From: Longimicrobiales bacterium
GTDB taxonomy: Bacteria > Gemmatimonadota > Gemmatimonadetes > Longimicrobiales > Gaopeijiaceae
Assembly (NCBI GenBank): GCA_965249725.1
Contig: CBDFMQ010000002.1
Coordinates: forward strand, 864,001-928,000
Direction of reading: 5' to 3'
Length of the DNA stretch: 64,000 nucleotides
Position numbers and translations under genes: made by a program. This document shows positions 50,896 to 59,687 of this stretch, piece by piece (the first letter of the stretch is position 1; each line of letters starts with the position of its first letter). The notes under the pieces are model-generated. The model was not told the origin of the DNA and made no database searches. It worked only from the letters and a program-made list of their open reading frames with translations.

Positions 50896-51600
50896 TCAGC
50901 CCACGCCCTCTTCGACTCCACGCATCTCAGCGAGGCGGAGCTCATACAGTCCACGGGCCGGGTCATCGGCCTCGTACGTACCTAGAAGCCGCTCATACAG
51001 CTCTGCGGCCCCTGATACGTTCTGCTGGCGATGACGCACACGGGCGCCACCGGCTAGAGCATCCCTGATCTGGAAGTCGAGGTCGGCCGCGTCAGCAATC
51101 TCCAGATAGCGGCCCTCGGCATCCGCCCAGCGGCCTTGGTCCTCGTAAGCCCGCGCCAGAAGTGCGCTACCCTGGAGCCCCAACGCGTCGCGAACGGAGA
51201 GATCTCCGCGCTCGAGCACGCTGATGGCCACGGCGGCGTCACCGGCCTCCAAATGCAGGCGTCCGAGCACGACGACGGCCTCACGGGCCTCATTCGTGCC
51301 CTCGAACCGGTCCAAGAAGGTGCTGAGCTGTGCCTTGGCATCCTCGTAGGCGGAAATCGCGATGGACTGGTGGATCGACTCCCACTGGTTCATGGCCTGT
51401 ATGGCCACCGAACGCTGGAAGTTCACGTAGTACAGTCCGCCGGAGACGATCAGTGCCAAAACGACCCCACCGAGCACGAACACCTGCCGATTCGTGGCGG
51501 CCCACCTCGATAGGTCCATGACACCGGCGACGAACGCATCGTCCCGAGTCTCTGATGTGTGCGGTTGGCGACGCGACGCTGGGTGTTGACGCTTGGACAT
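50896..51600 (-). CDS. Membrane-anchored TPR protein (YfgM-like)
   Basis: One N-terminal TM helix followed by TPR-like helical repeats. Confidence 0.8.
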   Translation of the reverse strand: MSKRQHPASRRQPHTSETRDDAFVAGVMDLSRWAATNRQVFVLGGVVLALIVSGGLYYVNFQRSVAIQAMNQWESIHQSIAISAYEDAKAQLSTFLDRFEGTNEAREAVVVLGRLHLEAGDAAVAISVLERGDLSVRDALGLQGSALLARAYEDQGRWADAEGRYLEIADAADLDFQIRDALAGGARVRHRQQNVSGAAELYERLLGTYEADDPARGLYELRLAEMRGVEEGVG

Positions 51601-51645
51601 CGTGACTAATCCGACCTCGTTGGGAATTTCGCTAAAGGACTGGAA

Positions 51646-51674
51646 AACGTACCCTTAGCCCAAATTGAGGTCAA
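51646..51674 (-). promoter_or_regulatory. Putative sigma70 promoter of the TPR gene
   Basis: TTGACC-N17-TACGTT on the - strand. Confidence 0.6.
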
Positions 51675-52366
51675 CGGGTCGACCGCTTTCGTGGACGGCG
51701 GCGCGACGACTCGGAACCGGCTTTCCGCAAGGCGCCGGGCTTGGTGACGATCAAGGCTCGAGGACGCTGTCGCAGCACTCCCTCGTAGATCCAGTCGTTG
51801 ATCGCGGTGGTGACGGTGGATCGGTGCGCCCCGGCCAGGTCCGCGAGCTCCTGATGCGTGAACCAGTGCTCCAGGCGGATACACCGCCCGTCGTCGTCCC
51901 CGAGGCGGTACGCGAGATCCAGGAGGACATCGGCGATACGAGCCTTGGACGAAGAGCCCGACGAACCCGCGATGCGCCGGGCCTCACGCAGGTCCCGGTC
52001 GTACGTGGACAAGAACGTCCCCAGGGTCTTGGGCGACCCTCTCAGGGCCTTGAACACCGCCACCCCGCTCAAGGACAGAATCGTGCTTGCGGAGCCGGCC
52101 ACGGCCGCATACCGGCGGGGCACATCCGTGGTCACCGCCTCCTCACCGAACAACTCCCCCGGGCCGGCGACCGCCACCGTGCGCTCGGTTTCCTCTCCCG
52201 TGCGCGGCAGCGTCAGCCGGACGTGACCCTCCTGAACGAGGAAGACGGCGTCCGCCTGCTCGCCACGACCGAAGATGGAGTGACCCTTTCGGTAGACCGA
52301 CGGCGTGGCCGCCTTGATCAACCGGTTCAGCTTTCGATCCCGCCGTGGGATCACCTTGAGTGGCAT
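51671..52366 (-). CDS. Crp/Fnr family transcriptional regulator
   Basis: cNMP-binding-like domain (GELFGE) and HTH THQELADLAGAHRSTVT. Confidence 0.9.
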   Translation of the reverse strand: MPLKVIPRRDRKLNRLIKAATPSVYRKGHSIFGRGEQADAVFLVQEGHVRLTLPRTGEETERTVAVAGPGELFGEEAVTTDVPRRYAAVAGSASTILSLSGVAVFKALRGSPKTLGTFLSTYDRDLREARRIAGSSGSSSKARIADVLLDLAYRLGDDDGRCIRLEHWFTHQELADLAGAHRSTVTTAINDWIYEGVLRQRPRALIVTKPGALRKAGSESSRRRPRKRSTR

Positions 52367-52376
52367 GTTTCCCTTT

Positions 52377-53591
52377 CTAAGCCCGATGCGCCCACCGGTG
52401 AGACCGGAGGGTCGGATGGAACGCCAAGACAGTACCGATCAACAACACTGGAATCGAGATCAAAGCCGCAGAACGCGCATCCATGAGATCTCCGAGGACC
52501 CCGGTCCCCAGAACAGCGACGGATCCGGCCGCCCAAGCCAAGCCCATGACGATCCCCGATCCCACCGCGGTGCTCTCCGGCACGATCTCCTGGGCCATCA
52601 CCACGATGGGCGGCAGCAGGGCCATATTGAGGAATCCCGAGGCCGCCGCAAAGACCAGCGCTGAAGGTGAGGCCGCGGGGAGCCAGATCGCCAGCATATG
52701 AGCGGGCACGGCCAGAGCGGTAATCCAAGCAAGCAGCCGTACTCGATCTACCCGATCGGACAACATGCCACCCGTGATCGTCCCCGCTCCCTGACAGCCC
52801 AGGTAGATACTCAAGGTCACCGCGCCCATGGCTTCGGAAACCCCCGCATCGGAGGCGATGATGGGCATCATGGTCATGAACACGCGCTGAACGAAGGCCG
52901 CCAGTGTGCTTATGGCGAAGATCACACCCAGCGGTCCCCTGAGGCTGGCCAGGACCTCACCGGGGGTGGGTGGGGCCGCCGTAGAGGGATGGGGACGATC
53001 GGCCGGTAGCACTCGAATAAGAACCACCGTAGCGATGAGCGCCGGGAAGATCGCCATCCAGAGCCCCCTCATGCCGGCGAACGATACCAGGGCGACCGCC
53101 GTCAACGGACCGAAGGCATAGCCCATCGTACCGCCAAAGGAGAACAGCGAGAGCCGGAGACCACTCCCCTTCCCCTCCGAGACTCTCGCGGACATGGCCG
53201 CCGCCGGTGGATGGAAGACGGCGCTCCCCATACCTCCCAAGACCAGGAGCACGATCAATATCTCGAAGCTGGGCGCGAATCCGATCAGCGAGAGGAAGAC
53301 ACCCGAAAGGAGGGGGCCTGCGATGACGAAGGGCTTGCGTCCATAGCGATCGGCCCAGTATCCCACGAGAGGCTGCAGCAGCGACGCGGCCAACGAGAGG
53401 GCCATCACCAGGGACGCCGCCATCGTGATGGAAAGCCCCAGGTTGTCCATGATTCTGGGGAGAAGCGGATGCAGGAACGAGGCGTACGCGTCGTTCAGCG
53501 CGTGGGAGACACCAACGGCCAAAGCGACACCTCCGGCCCCACTTCCGAATCTACGAATCTTGCGAGATTCCTCGGCGCTGGTGACGTGCAT
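52377..53591 (-). CDS. MFS transporter (Fsr-like)
   Basis: SHALND, QPLVGYWADRYGR and FHP motifs; about 12 TM. Confidence 0.88.
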   Translation of the reverse strand: MHVTSAEESRKIRRFGSGAGGVALAVGVSHALNDAYASFLHPLLPRIMDNLGLSITMAASLVMALSLAASLLQPLVGYWADRYGRKPFVIAGPLLSGVFLSLIGFAPSFEILIVLLVLGGMGSAVFHPPAAAMSARVSEGKGSGLRLSLFSFGGTMGYAFGPLTAVALVSFAGMRGLWMAIFPALIATVVLIRVLPADRPHPSTAAPPTPGEVLASLRGPLGVIFAISTLAAFVQRVFMTMMPIIASDAGVSEAMGAVTLSIYLGCQGAGTITGGMLSDRVDRVRLLAWITALAVPAHMLAIWLPAASPSALVFAAASGFLNMALLPPIVVMAQEIVPESTAVGSGIVMGLAWAAGSVAVLGTGVLGDLMDARSAALISIPVLLIGTVLAFHPTLRSHRWAHRA

Positions 53592-53795
53592 CCGGGGAGC
53601 TTACAGGTCGAGGTTGATGCGCGCTACCGGGTCCTCGGGGCGTCTTCGGCCCACCGATCAGATCCTGGCTGAGCGCGCCCCGCAGCCCTATCCTCCTCGT
53701 CATCGGGCGGAGCTCGGGTGTCCACGTGCTCCGACCCGTCGACGCATCAACTGTGAAGCGTCACTGAAGATCATTTCTGCAGGCCGGGGAAACGC

Positions 53796-54164
53796 ATGGA
53801 ACGGACATTCGCCCTGATTGGATCACTGTTTGCGATGATGGCCGTGATCTTCGGCGCCTTCGGCGCACACGCTCTTCGAAGCCGCCTGAGCCCGGAGGAC
53901 CTGGTCACCTTCGAGACCGGGGTTCGCTATCAGACGTACCATGCTCTGGCGCTGCTCGCCGTCGCATGGGCGGTGTCGCGATGGCCGTCGGGCGCTGCCA
54001 CAGCAGCCGGATGGTTCTTCATCGCGGGCATCGTGGTCTTTTCGGGAAGCTTGTACGTGTTGGTGCTGACCGGACAACGCTGGCTGGGCGCCGTCACCCC
54101 CTTAGGGGGACTGGCCATGATCTGCGGGTGGGGGTGTCTGGCTTGGGCCGTGTCCCGCGGCTGA
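53796..54164 (+). CDS. DUF423 (YgdD/TMEM256) membrane protein
   Basis: GAFGAH, YQTYHALAL, FSGSLY and TPLGG motifs. Confidence 0.92.
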   Translation: MERTFALIGSLFAMMAVIFGAFGAHALRSRLSPEDLVTFETGVRYQTYHALALLAVAWAVSRWPSGAATAAGWFFIAGIVVFSGSLYVLVLTGQRWLGAVTPLGGLAMICGWGCLAWAVSRG

Positions 54165-54415
54165 ACGAGGAGCTCCTGGGGCCCTAGCACGGCCCTCGCC
54201 GCCCAGATCGGTTCCGGAGGCCACTGACACGATCGACACCCTGAGACGTACATATCCAGCGAAGAGTCCGGGAACCCCCTCACTCGATCTGGGTCTTTCA
54301 CTTGGGGTACCGGATTTGTCTGTTCCCGCAGGTGCGGGATACACTTGATCATCCGCCGTGGGCTGAGCCTGTGGCTCCAAGGATGGCACTCGAAAACCGC
54401 CGGAGGCTCGTAGGC

Positions 54416-56290
54416 ATGCGCAGACCCCATCTCGCTCTCTTAGTCCTGTCCCTCACGCTTCTCTCTGCGTGTGGAGTTGGGGAGACAGCGGTAAAGCCGA
54501 CTCTGACTTCACCAACGGTGCAGCCCCCACCGCCGCCGCCGCCGCCTCCGCCACCTCCCACAGCGGAGGTGCTGTGTCCTCCGGGGGGTGATATCGTCAT
54601 GGCGTTGGGTGAGCAGGTCATCGTCCAGAATCAGTCGACGTACTGCTTCAACTTCGGCGCCACCGGTTCAGTGAGAGAGTACCTCTTGGGAGTCCAGTCG
54701 GTGGGCGAGGGTGGAGTGGCCGTACGCAACATCACGGTGAGCGGTGGGCTGGTGACGGCCGCCGCCGAGCAGGCCCCCGCGATCGAGGCTCCGGCCGTGC
54801 AGTTGGGAGTAGGCGCGGCGCCGACGATCGCGTCCGCGCTTCGTGCGAATCCCGGTTTCGAGCTCCTGCAGAATCACCGGATGGCCCACAGGGCCATGCT
54901 GTCCCGCATGATCGAACCGGTCCGCGACGCCAAGCCTCGAGCGTTCTTGTCAGGGGCCCAGCCGGGTCCTGCCGCCGCTCCACCCGGAATCGTCACAGGC
55001 GATGAGGCGGTCGGCGACCAGGTGGAGTTCAGAGTCCGAAAGAGCAACTCCCGTGACTGCGAGGCCCCGGCGAGCGCCACGATCACGGCAGAGCTCCGGG
55101 TCAAGAATAACCTCTCCATGTGGTTCGTAGACGTCACGAATCCCGCCGAGGGTTTCAGCGATGTGCAACTTCAAGAGATGGCCGACCTCTTCGACGATTT
55201 CATCTACTCCACCGAAACCGAGTATTTAGGAGTCCCGAACGACAAGGACGGAAACAAGCGGATTGGCATCGTCCTTACGAAGCAGATCAACGTCGACAAC
55301 ACTCCAGAGCGTACGGTCATCGGTTTCGTGAACCCCTGTGACTTTTTCACCCGGGGTGAAGAGAACGTCCACACCAGCAACGAAGGAGAGTTCTTCTACG
55401 CAGTGGCCCCAGATCCGACGGGGGAACACGGACAAGAGATGGACGTGGACGGCTTGTTCGACTTCCTCCCGGTGGTGATAACGCATGAAGTGGCTCACGT
55501 GATTCAATTCAGCCACCGCTTCGGGCAGACCGGCGACCTCATGGCGTCATTCATGGCGGAAGGTCAGGCCACGCTCGCCGAGGAGCTGGTGGGTCACGCG
55601 ATTCTCGCGAAAGCTCCCGGCCAGAACCTCGACGCAGACGTCGCGTTCGGTTTCGAGGAGACTCAGCCCTATCCCTGGTACTGGAATCCGTGGATCGACC
55701 TCGTGTACTACTTCGGTTGGCCCGGCGGAGAAGAGGTCGACGAGTTCACGCCCCGCGTCGAGGAGGCGCCGCACGAGTGCACTTGGACCGTCGAGGGAGA
55801 GGACGACCCGTGTGGCAGTCGCCCGCTCTGGTACGGGGTGACGTGGTCCTTCCTCCGATGGGCGGCCGATCAATTCGGCGAGGACTTCGGAGGCGAGCAG
55901 GGTCTGCATCAGGCCTTGATCAGCAACAACGTCGCCGGATTCGACAATCTCAGGGATGTCCTGCTCCAATATGGTCCACTGGAGGATCTCCTGGCTCAGT
56001 GGGCGGCAGCGTTCTACATGGATGATCGCCCGGGTCAATCCGATCCAAGGCACAACGTCTCCAGCTGGAACTACTTCAGTGCGGATGTCCGCCTGCCGCC
56101 CCAGGCATGGCTCGAGCCCGTTCGCAAATCGTTCGGCAGCTTCTCGGAAGACGTGAAGGTCCGCGACCCGTCCACCGCCTACTTCCTGATTGGTGGATCG
56201 ACCGCGCCTCAGTTCTCCCTCAAGGTCGAGGGAGCCGGTGGTGGTACGCTGGGCTCGGACATTCAGGTGTGGTTGGTACGGACGAAGTAG
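54416..56290 (+). CDS. Lipoprotein zinc metallopeptidase-like protein with a poly-Pro linker
   Basis: LSAC lipobox; P11 tract; THEVAH followed by MAEGQA (gluzincin-like third ligand). Confidence 0.75.
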   Translation: MRRPHLALLVLSLTLLSACGVGETAVKPTLTSPTVQPPPPPPPPPPPPTAEVLCPPGGDIVMALGEQVIVQNQSTYCFNFGATGSVREYLLGVQSVGEGGVAVRNITVSGGLVTAAAEQAPAIEAPAVQLGVGAAPTIASALRANPGFELLQNHRMAHRAMLSRMIEPVRDAKPRAFLSGAQPGPAAAPPGIVTGDEAVGDQVEFRVRKSNSRDCEAPASATITAELRVKNNLSMWFVDVTNPAEGFSDVQLQEMADLFDDFIYSTETEYLGVPNDKDGNKRIGIVLTKQINVDNTPERTVIGFVNPCDFFTRGEENVHTSNEGEFFYAVAPDPTGEHGQEMDVDGLFDFLPVVITHEVAHVIQFSHRFGQTGDLMASFMAEGQATLAEELVGHAILAKAPGQNLDADVAFGFEETQPYPWYWNPWIDLVYYFGWPGGEEVDEFTPRVEEAPHECTWTVEGEDDPCGSRPLWYGVTWSFLRWAADQFGEDFGGEQGLHQALISNNVAGFDNLRDVLLQYGPLEDLLAQWAAAFYMDDRPGQSDPRHNVSSWNYFSADVRLPPQAWLEPVRKSFGSFSEDVKVRDPSTAYFLIGGSTAPQFSLKVEGAGGGTLGSDIQVWLVRTK

Positions 56291-56347
56291 TTGCGCCGGC
56301 GGGAGTGATCGGCGCGAATGAGGTAGTCTAGACGGAGGCCGTGGGGA

Positions 56348-57319
56348 TCAGCCCGCGGCCTCCGTTACTTCTCGTACCCGCTCGGCCGAGACGTTCCCGC
56401 CGCTGACCACGACGGCTACGGGGGATCCGGGTTGGCGGGGAGTCCAGGCTCCCGTGAGCACCGCCGCCAGGGCCACGGCTCCGCCACCCTCCACCACCAG
56501 GTGCAACTCCCGAGCGGCGTAGCCCATGGCCTGGGCGATGGCCTCTTCCGGGACCGTGACGTGCTGATCGATGTAGTCTCGGATGATCGGGAAGCTGTAC
56601 CGATTGTCGAGCCCGATGCCACCGGAAAGGGCGTTCGCCAAGGTCGCTTCCTCTTCCATTTCGATCGGGTGGCCGGCCTGCAGGCTCGACAGCATTACGG
56701 TGGCTCGATCCGCGGAAACGGCGGTAACGCTCACGTCCGGTCGGATCTCCTTGACGGCGTAGGCGATCCCGCCCGCCAGGCCACCGCCGGAAAGAGCGAC
56801 CAGCACCTCCGACACATCAGGCAGCTCCTCGAGGATCTCCAATCCCACTGTCCCCTGCCCCGCGATCACCCATGGATCGTCGAAAGGATGCACGAACGTG
56901 AGTCCACGCTCACTCGCGAGCTCCGAGGCCCGTGCGTCGGCCTCGTCGTAGGTGTCGCCCGCGAGCACCACTTCGGCGCCGGCCGCCTCCATGGCTCGGT
57001 GCTTTACCGGATCCACCCAGTTCGGAACACAGATCGTGGCAGGAACGCCCATGACCCCGGCGACGTGAGCCACTGCTCGCCCGTGGTTGCCGCTGGAGCA
57101 CGTGACCACGCCGCGAGCCCGCTCCTCACCGGTCAGAGCCGTCATTCGATTAGCGGCTCCACGGATCTTGAAGGAACCGGTCACCTGAAGGCTCTCGAGC
57201 TTCAAGTAGAGGTCTGCTCCGGCCAGCTCACTGAGGTGCGAGGCCCACAGGAGAGGAGTTCGCGTAACGAACTCGCTGACGGCCTTCTGGGCCGCGTCCA
57301 CGTCGAATTCAAGGCTCAT
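56348..57319 (-). CDS. PLP-dependent threonine/serine dehydratase (short, no regulatory domain)
   Basis: KLESLQVTGSFKIRGA, SSGNHG, GGGL and SGGN motifs. Confidence 0.9.
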   Translation of the reverse strand: MSLEFDVDAAQKAVSEFVTRTPLLWASHLSELAGADLYLKLESLQVTGSFKIRGAANRMTALTGEERARGVVTCSSGNHGRAVAHVAGVMGVPATICVPNWVDPVKHRAMEAAGAEVVLAGDTYDEADARASELASERGLTFVHPFDDPWVIAGQGTVGLEILEELPDVSEVLVALSGGGLAGGIAYAVKEIRPDVSVTAVSADRATVMLSSLQAGHPIEMEEEATLANALSGGIGLDNRYSFPIIRDYIDQHVTVPEEAIAQAMGYAARELHLVVEGGGAVALAAVLTGAWTPRQPGSPVAVVVSGGNVSAERVREVTEAAG

Positions 57320-57557
57320 GTTCAAGGCTCATCGGGCTAGTCTAACGAGCTTCAGATCGCTCAGCCACCGGCTCCGCCACCGGCCGTGGGGATCCCCCCA
57401 ACGGTCCCCCGCCTCCTGGGGCTCGAGAGCCTGGTAGGCAACACTCCCCTGTTGGCGATCGATTTCGTCTTCCAGGGACAGAACCGCAGACTCTTCGCGA
57501 AGCCGGGTCCGATCCTCTAGGCTGACTCTGCTCCCAACCCGGAGGAACCCGGAGGCC

Positions 57558-58217
57558 CTACTGCCTCAAGTCGGGTCCGCCGCCGCCTTGGTACACATAG
57601 CGGATGGTCACGCACCCAGCGGTGGCGCCCGGACAGTAGTAGCTCAGAATCTCGAAGATGGCGTAGCGCCCGTCAGCGGTGCGCACCGCGTACACGTGCG
57701 GCTTCGCCTTGAGGATGTGGCTCGTCCAACTGTACGTGTACCACCGGGCGATCGCCGGGTTGGCCATCTCGGCGTTGGCCTGATTGGTCTCGTAGTCCCC
57801 CGTCGGCACGTGGGTGACGGAATCCAGCGCGACCTCGCCCAGGTCCAGGATGCCGCCCTCCCCGCTCAGGCCGGGACCTCCATTGGCGAGGATCGTGAAT
57901 CTCCGGAACGCCAGGTCCCACCCGAGAGGATCGGGCTCGCCCTCGATCGCCGAGCCGGTAGAGAAATCGAAGTAGGTGAGCTGATTGCGGCGGCCATCTA
58001 CCGTATAGACCAAGGGGCCGACCGTGGTCTCCCCGACCTCTTCGGGGTCCACGGCCGAGACCGTATACCATTGGAGCTCCGGGCTCTGCAGGCTCTCCAT
58101 CACGAACCAGACGGCTGCGACGAGCAAGCCACACACCACGACGAGCGCTACCCACGGAACACGAGGTAGCTCGCGGGGCGTCTCTTCCTCCGTCGATGTC
58201 GGTGTCTCAGCAGGCAT
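57558..58217 (-). CDS. HmuY family protein
   Basis: YFDFSTG, WDLAFRR, WYTY, VRTADGRYA and SYY motifs. Confidence 0.82.
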   Translation of the reverse strand: MPAETPTSTEEETPRELPRVPWVALVVVCGLLVAAVWFVMESLQSPELQWYTVSAVDPEEVGETTVGPLVYTVDGRRNQLTYFDFSTGSAIEGEPDPLGWDLAFRRFTILANGGPGLSGEGGILDLGEVALDSVTHVPTGDYETNQANAEMANPAIARWYTYSWTSHILKAKPHVYAVRTADGRYAIFEILSYYCPGATAGCVTIRYVYQGGGGPDLRQ

Positions 58218-58394
58218 GCGTCGTGTCAGTGGCGTCGTGGGAGTGGGGTGGGCCTCAAGTCTATCGGAAGCTAGCCTGTCCCTTCAAGGCGTTTCGGCTC
58301 GTCAGACAATGATTGCTCGTTCTGCCGACCGTGGGCATCTTTGATATAGGACCGACAACGAAGCCCCCCCGACGCGGAGTACCTGGCACGTAGC

Positions 58395-58934
58395 ATGACG
58401 CATCCTCGCATAAAGAAATGGGAAGACGCTGCCACCTTTCCGGTGGTCGATGTCCCATTCGTATGGCGTGGTCGCAGATCGCCTCACTCCGACCAAACCT
58501 CCGAGCCCCAAAGAGAAAACCTCAAACGTTCACAGCGCGACCGCCTAAGAGGGCGGACCGCCGCCGTGCACGGTCTACGCCTGTCGTTGCTCCTCGGCCT
58601 ATTGGTGGGCTGGGTCTACGCAGAGGTCAATCCACTTAGCGTGGCTTCGGCGGAGCAATGCACGGAATTCGGCACTGCCCTCGGGCCCACTCTGAAGCAC
58701 AAGATCCGGAAGTCTCTCGGCACCCGCGGAGCCCCGCGTGGGCAAGACAACGCGCTCAGCATGAAGGTGTGCGATCCCCAGCTGGTGGCCATGCTTCCGA
58801 CCCTCGGTGCTCAGATCGCTCAATCGCCCGAGTTCCGCGAGGTCGCCAAGATGTTCAAGGCAGGCGAGGACGATCTCAGCACCATGTCGTTGCTCAAGAC
58901 CATCATTTCGAGCGGGAGCAACGGGGGGCCCTAA
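58395..58934 (+). CDS. Hypothetical protein with one hydrophobic segment
   Basis: The ORF that best fills the gap; stop lies 3 nt from the qhpE stop; no motif recognised. Confidence 0.45.
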   Translation: MTHPRIKKWEDAATFPVVDVPFVWRGRRSPHSDQTSEPQRENLKRSQRDRLRGRTAAVHGLRLSLLLGLLVGWVYAEVNPLSVASAEQCTEFGTALGPTLKHKIRKSLGTRGAPRGQDNALSMKVCDPQLVAMLPTLGAQIAQSPEFREVAKMFKAGEDDLSTMSLLKTIISSGSNGGP

Positions 58935-58937
58935 CCC

Positions 58938-59687
58938 TCATCCTCGGCCGGTCAGCATCTCCAGGATGTCGGCAACCGATCGGATTTCCGGTCGGTCCTG
59001 CAGGAGACACGCAAGCACTCCCGTAGTGTTCGCCGCCGCGAAGCTCACGCCCTTCAAGTTTCGCTCGGGAGAGACCCCGGGGATCGGCCTCGGAAAGCCC
59101 GACGCAACGAACACCGGCTCCCCGCCTTCGTCGTACACCACGCGGAGTTGATCTCTCGGGCATCCCCAGTCCAGAGCCACGCCAGCAGCCCCCTCCAGGC
59201 TTCCGGGCAGCCATGCGTGGCCCTCGTGTGCCTTGGGTGAGACGACGATCGCCCCACTCTCTTTCGCCCGATTGACCGCGGCCCACAGAGGCAGTTCGTG
59301 CTCGGGCTTCGCCGTGCCTAGACTGAGATTGACGATGCGGGCCCCTCGAGCGATCGCCTCGTCGATGGCCTTCACCAAGACGCCCGTAGACGTGGAGAGG
59401 GTGCGGCCGAAGACCTTGATCGTGAAAATGGCCGCGTCGGGCGCCTTCTCCCTGATCGCCGCCGTGACTGCCGTGCCGTGTCCGAGCCGGTCCACGTAGT
59501 CGTCGTGGAGTGCCCCGTCGTCGTCGATGGCGATCCCTCCGACGACGCCCCCCACGTGGGGATGGTCTGCATGCACCCCGCTGTCGATGACGGCAACGAA
59601 CACACCCTTCCCGTTGCGTCCCTCGAGGACCGGGTGTTCCGGCGAGAGGCGCGTCTCGGCGGCAGGGCCTGGCGGTGAGTCGCTCAC
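58938..59687 (-). CDS. qhpE: Subtilisin-like leader peptidase QhpE
   Basis: VIDSG, GHGT, NLSLG and GVSFA triad; short length; qhp context. Confidence 0.8.
   Translation of the reverse strand: MSDSPPGPAAETRLSPEHPVLEGRNGKGVFVAVIDSGVHADHPHVGGVVGGIAIDDDGALHDDYVDRLGHGTAVTAAIREKAPDAAIFTIKVFGRTLSTSTGVLVKAIDEAIARGARIVNLSLGTAKPEHELPLWAAVNRAKESGAIVVSPKAHEGHAWLPGSLEGAAGVALDWGCPRDQLRVVYDEGGEPVFVASGFPRPIPGVSPERNLKGVSFAAANTTGVLACLLQDRPEIRSVADILEMLTGRG

Noticed and set aside
57333..57557. tmRNA or other known RNA gene in the spacer
   Set aside because: No tRNA-like ends, T-loop or CCA recognised on either strand
58305..58323. Possible Fur box upstream of the HmuY-like gene
   Set aside because: Only one half (ACAATGAT) resembles the consensus, and it is not palindromic
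58383..58398. Possible sigma54 promoter TGGCACGTAGCATGA
   Set aside because: The -12 GC is missing (GA)
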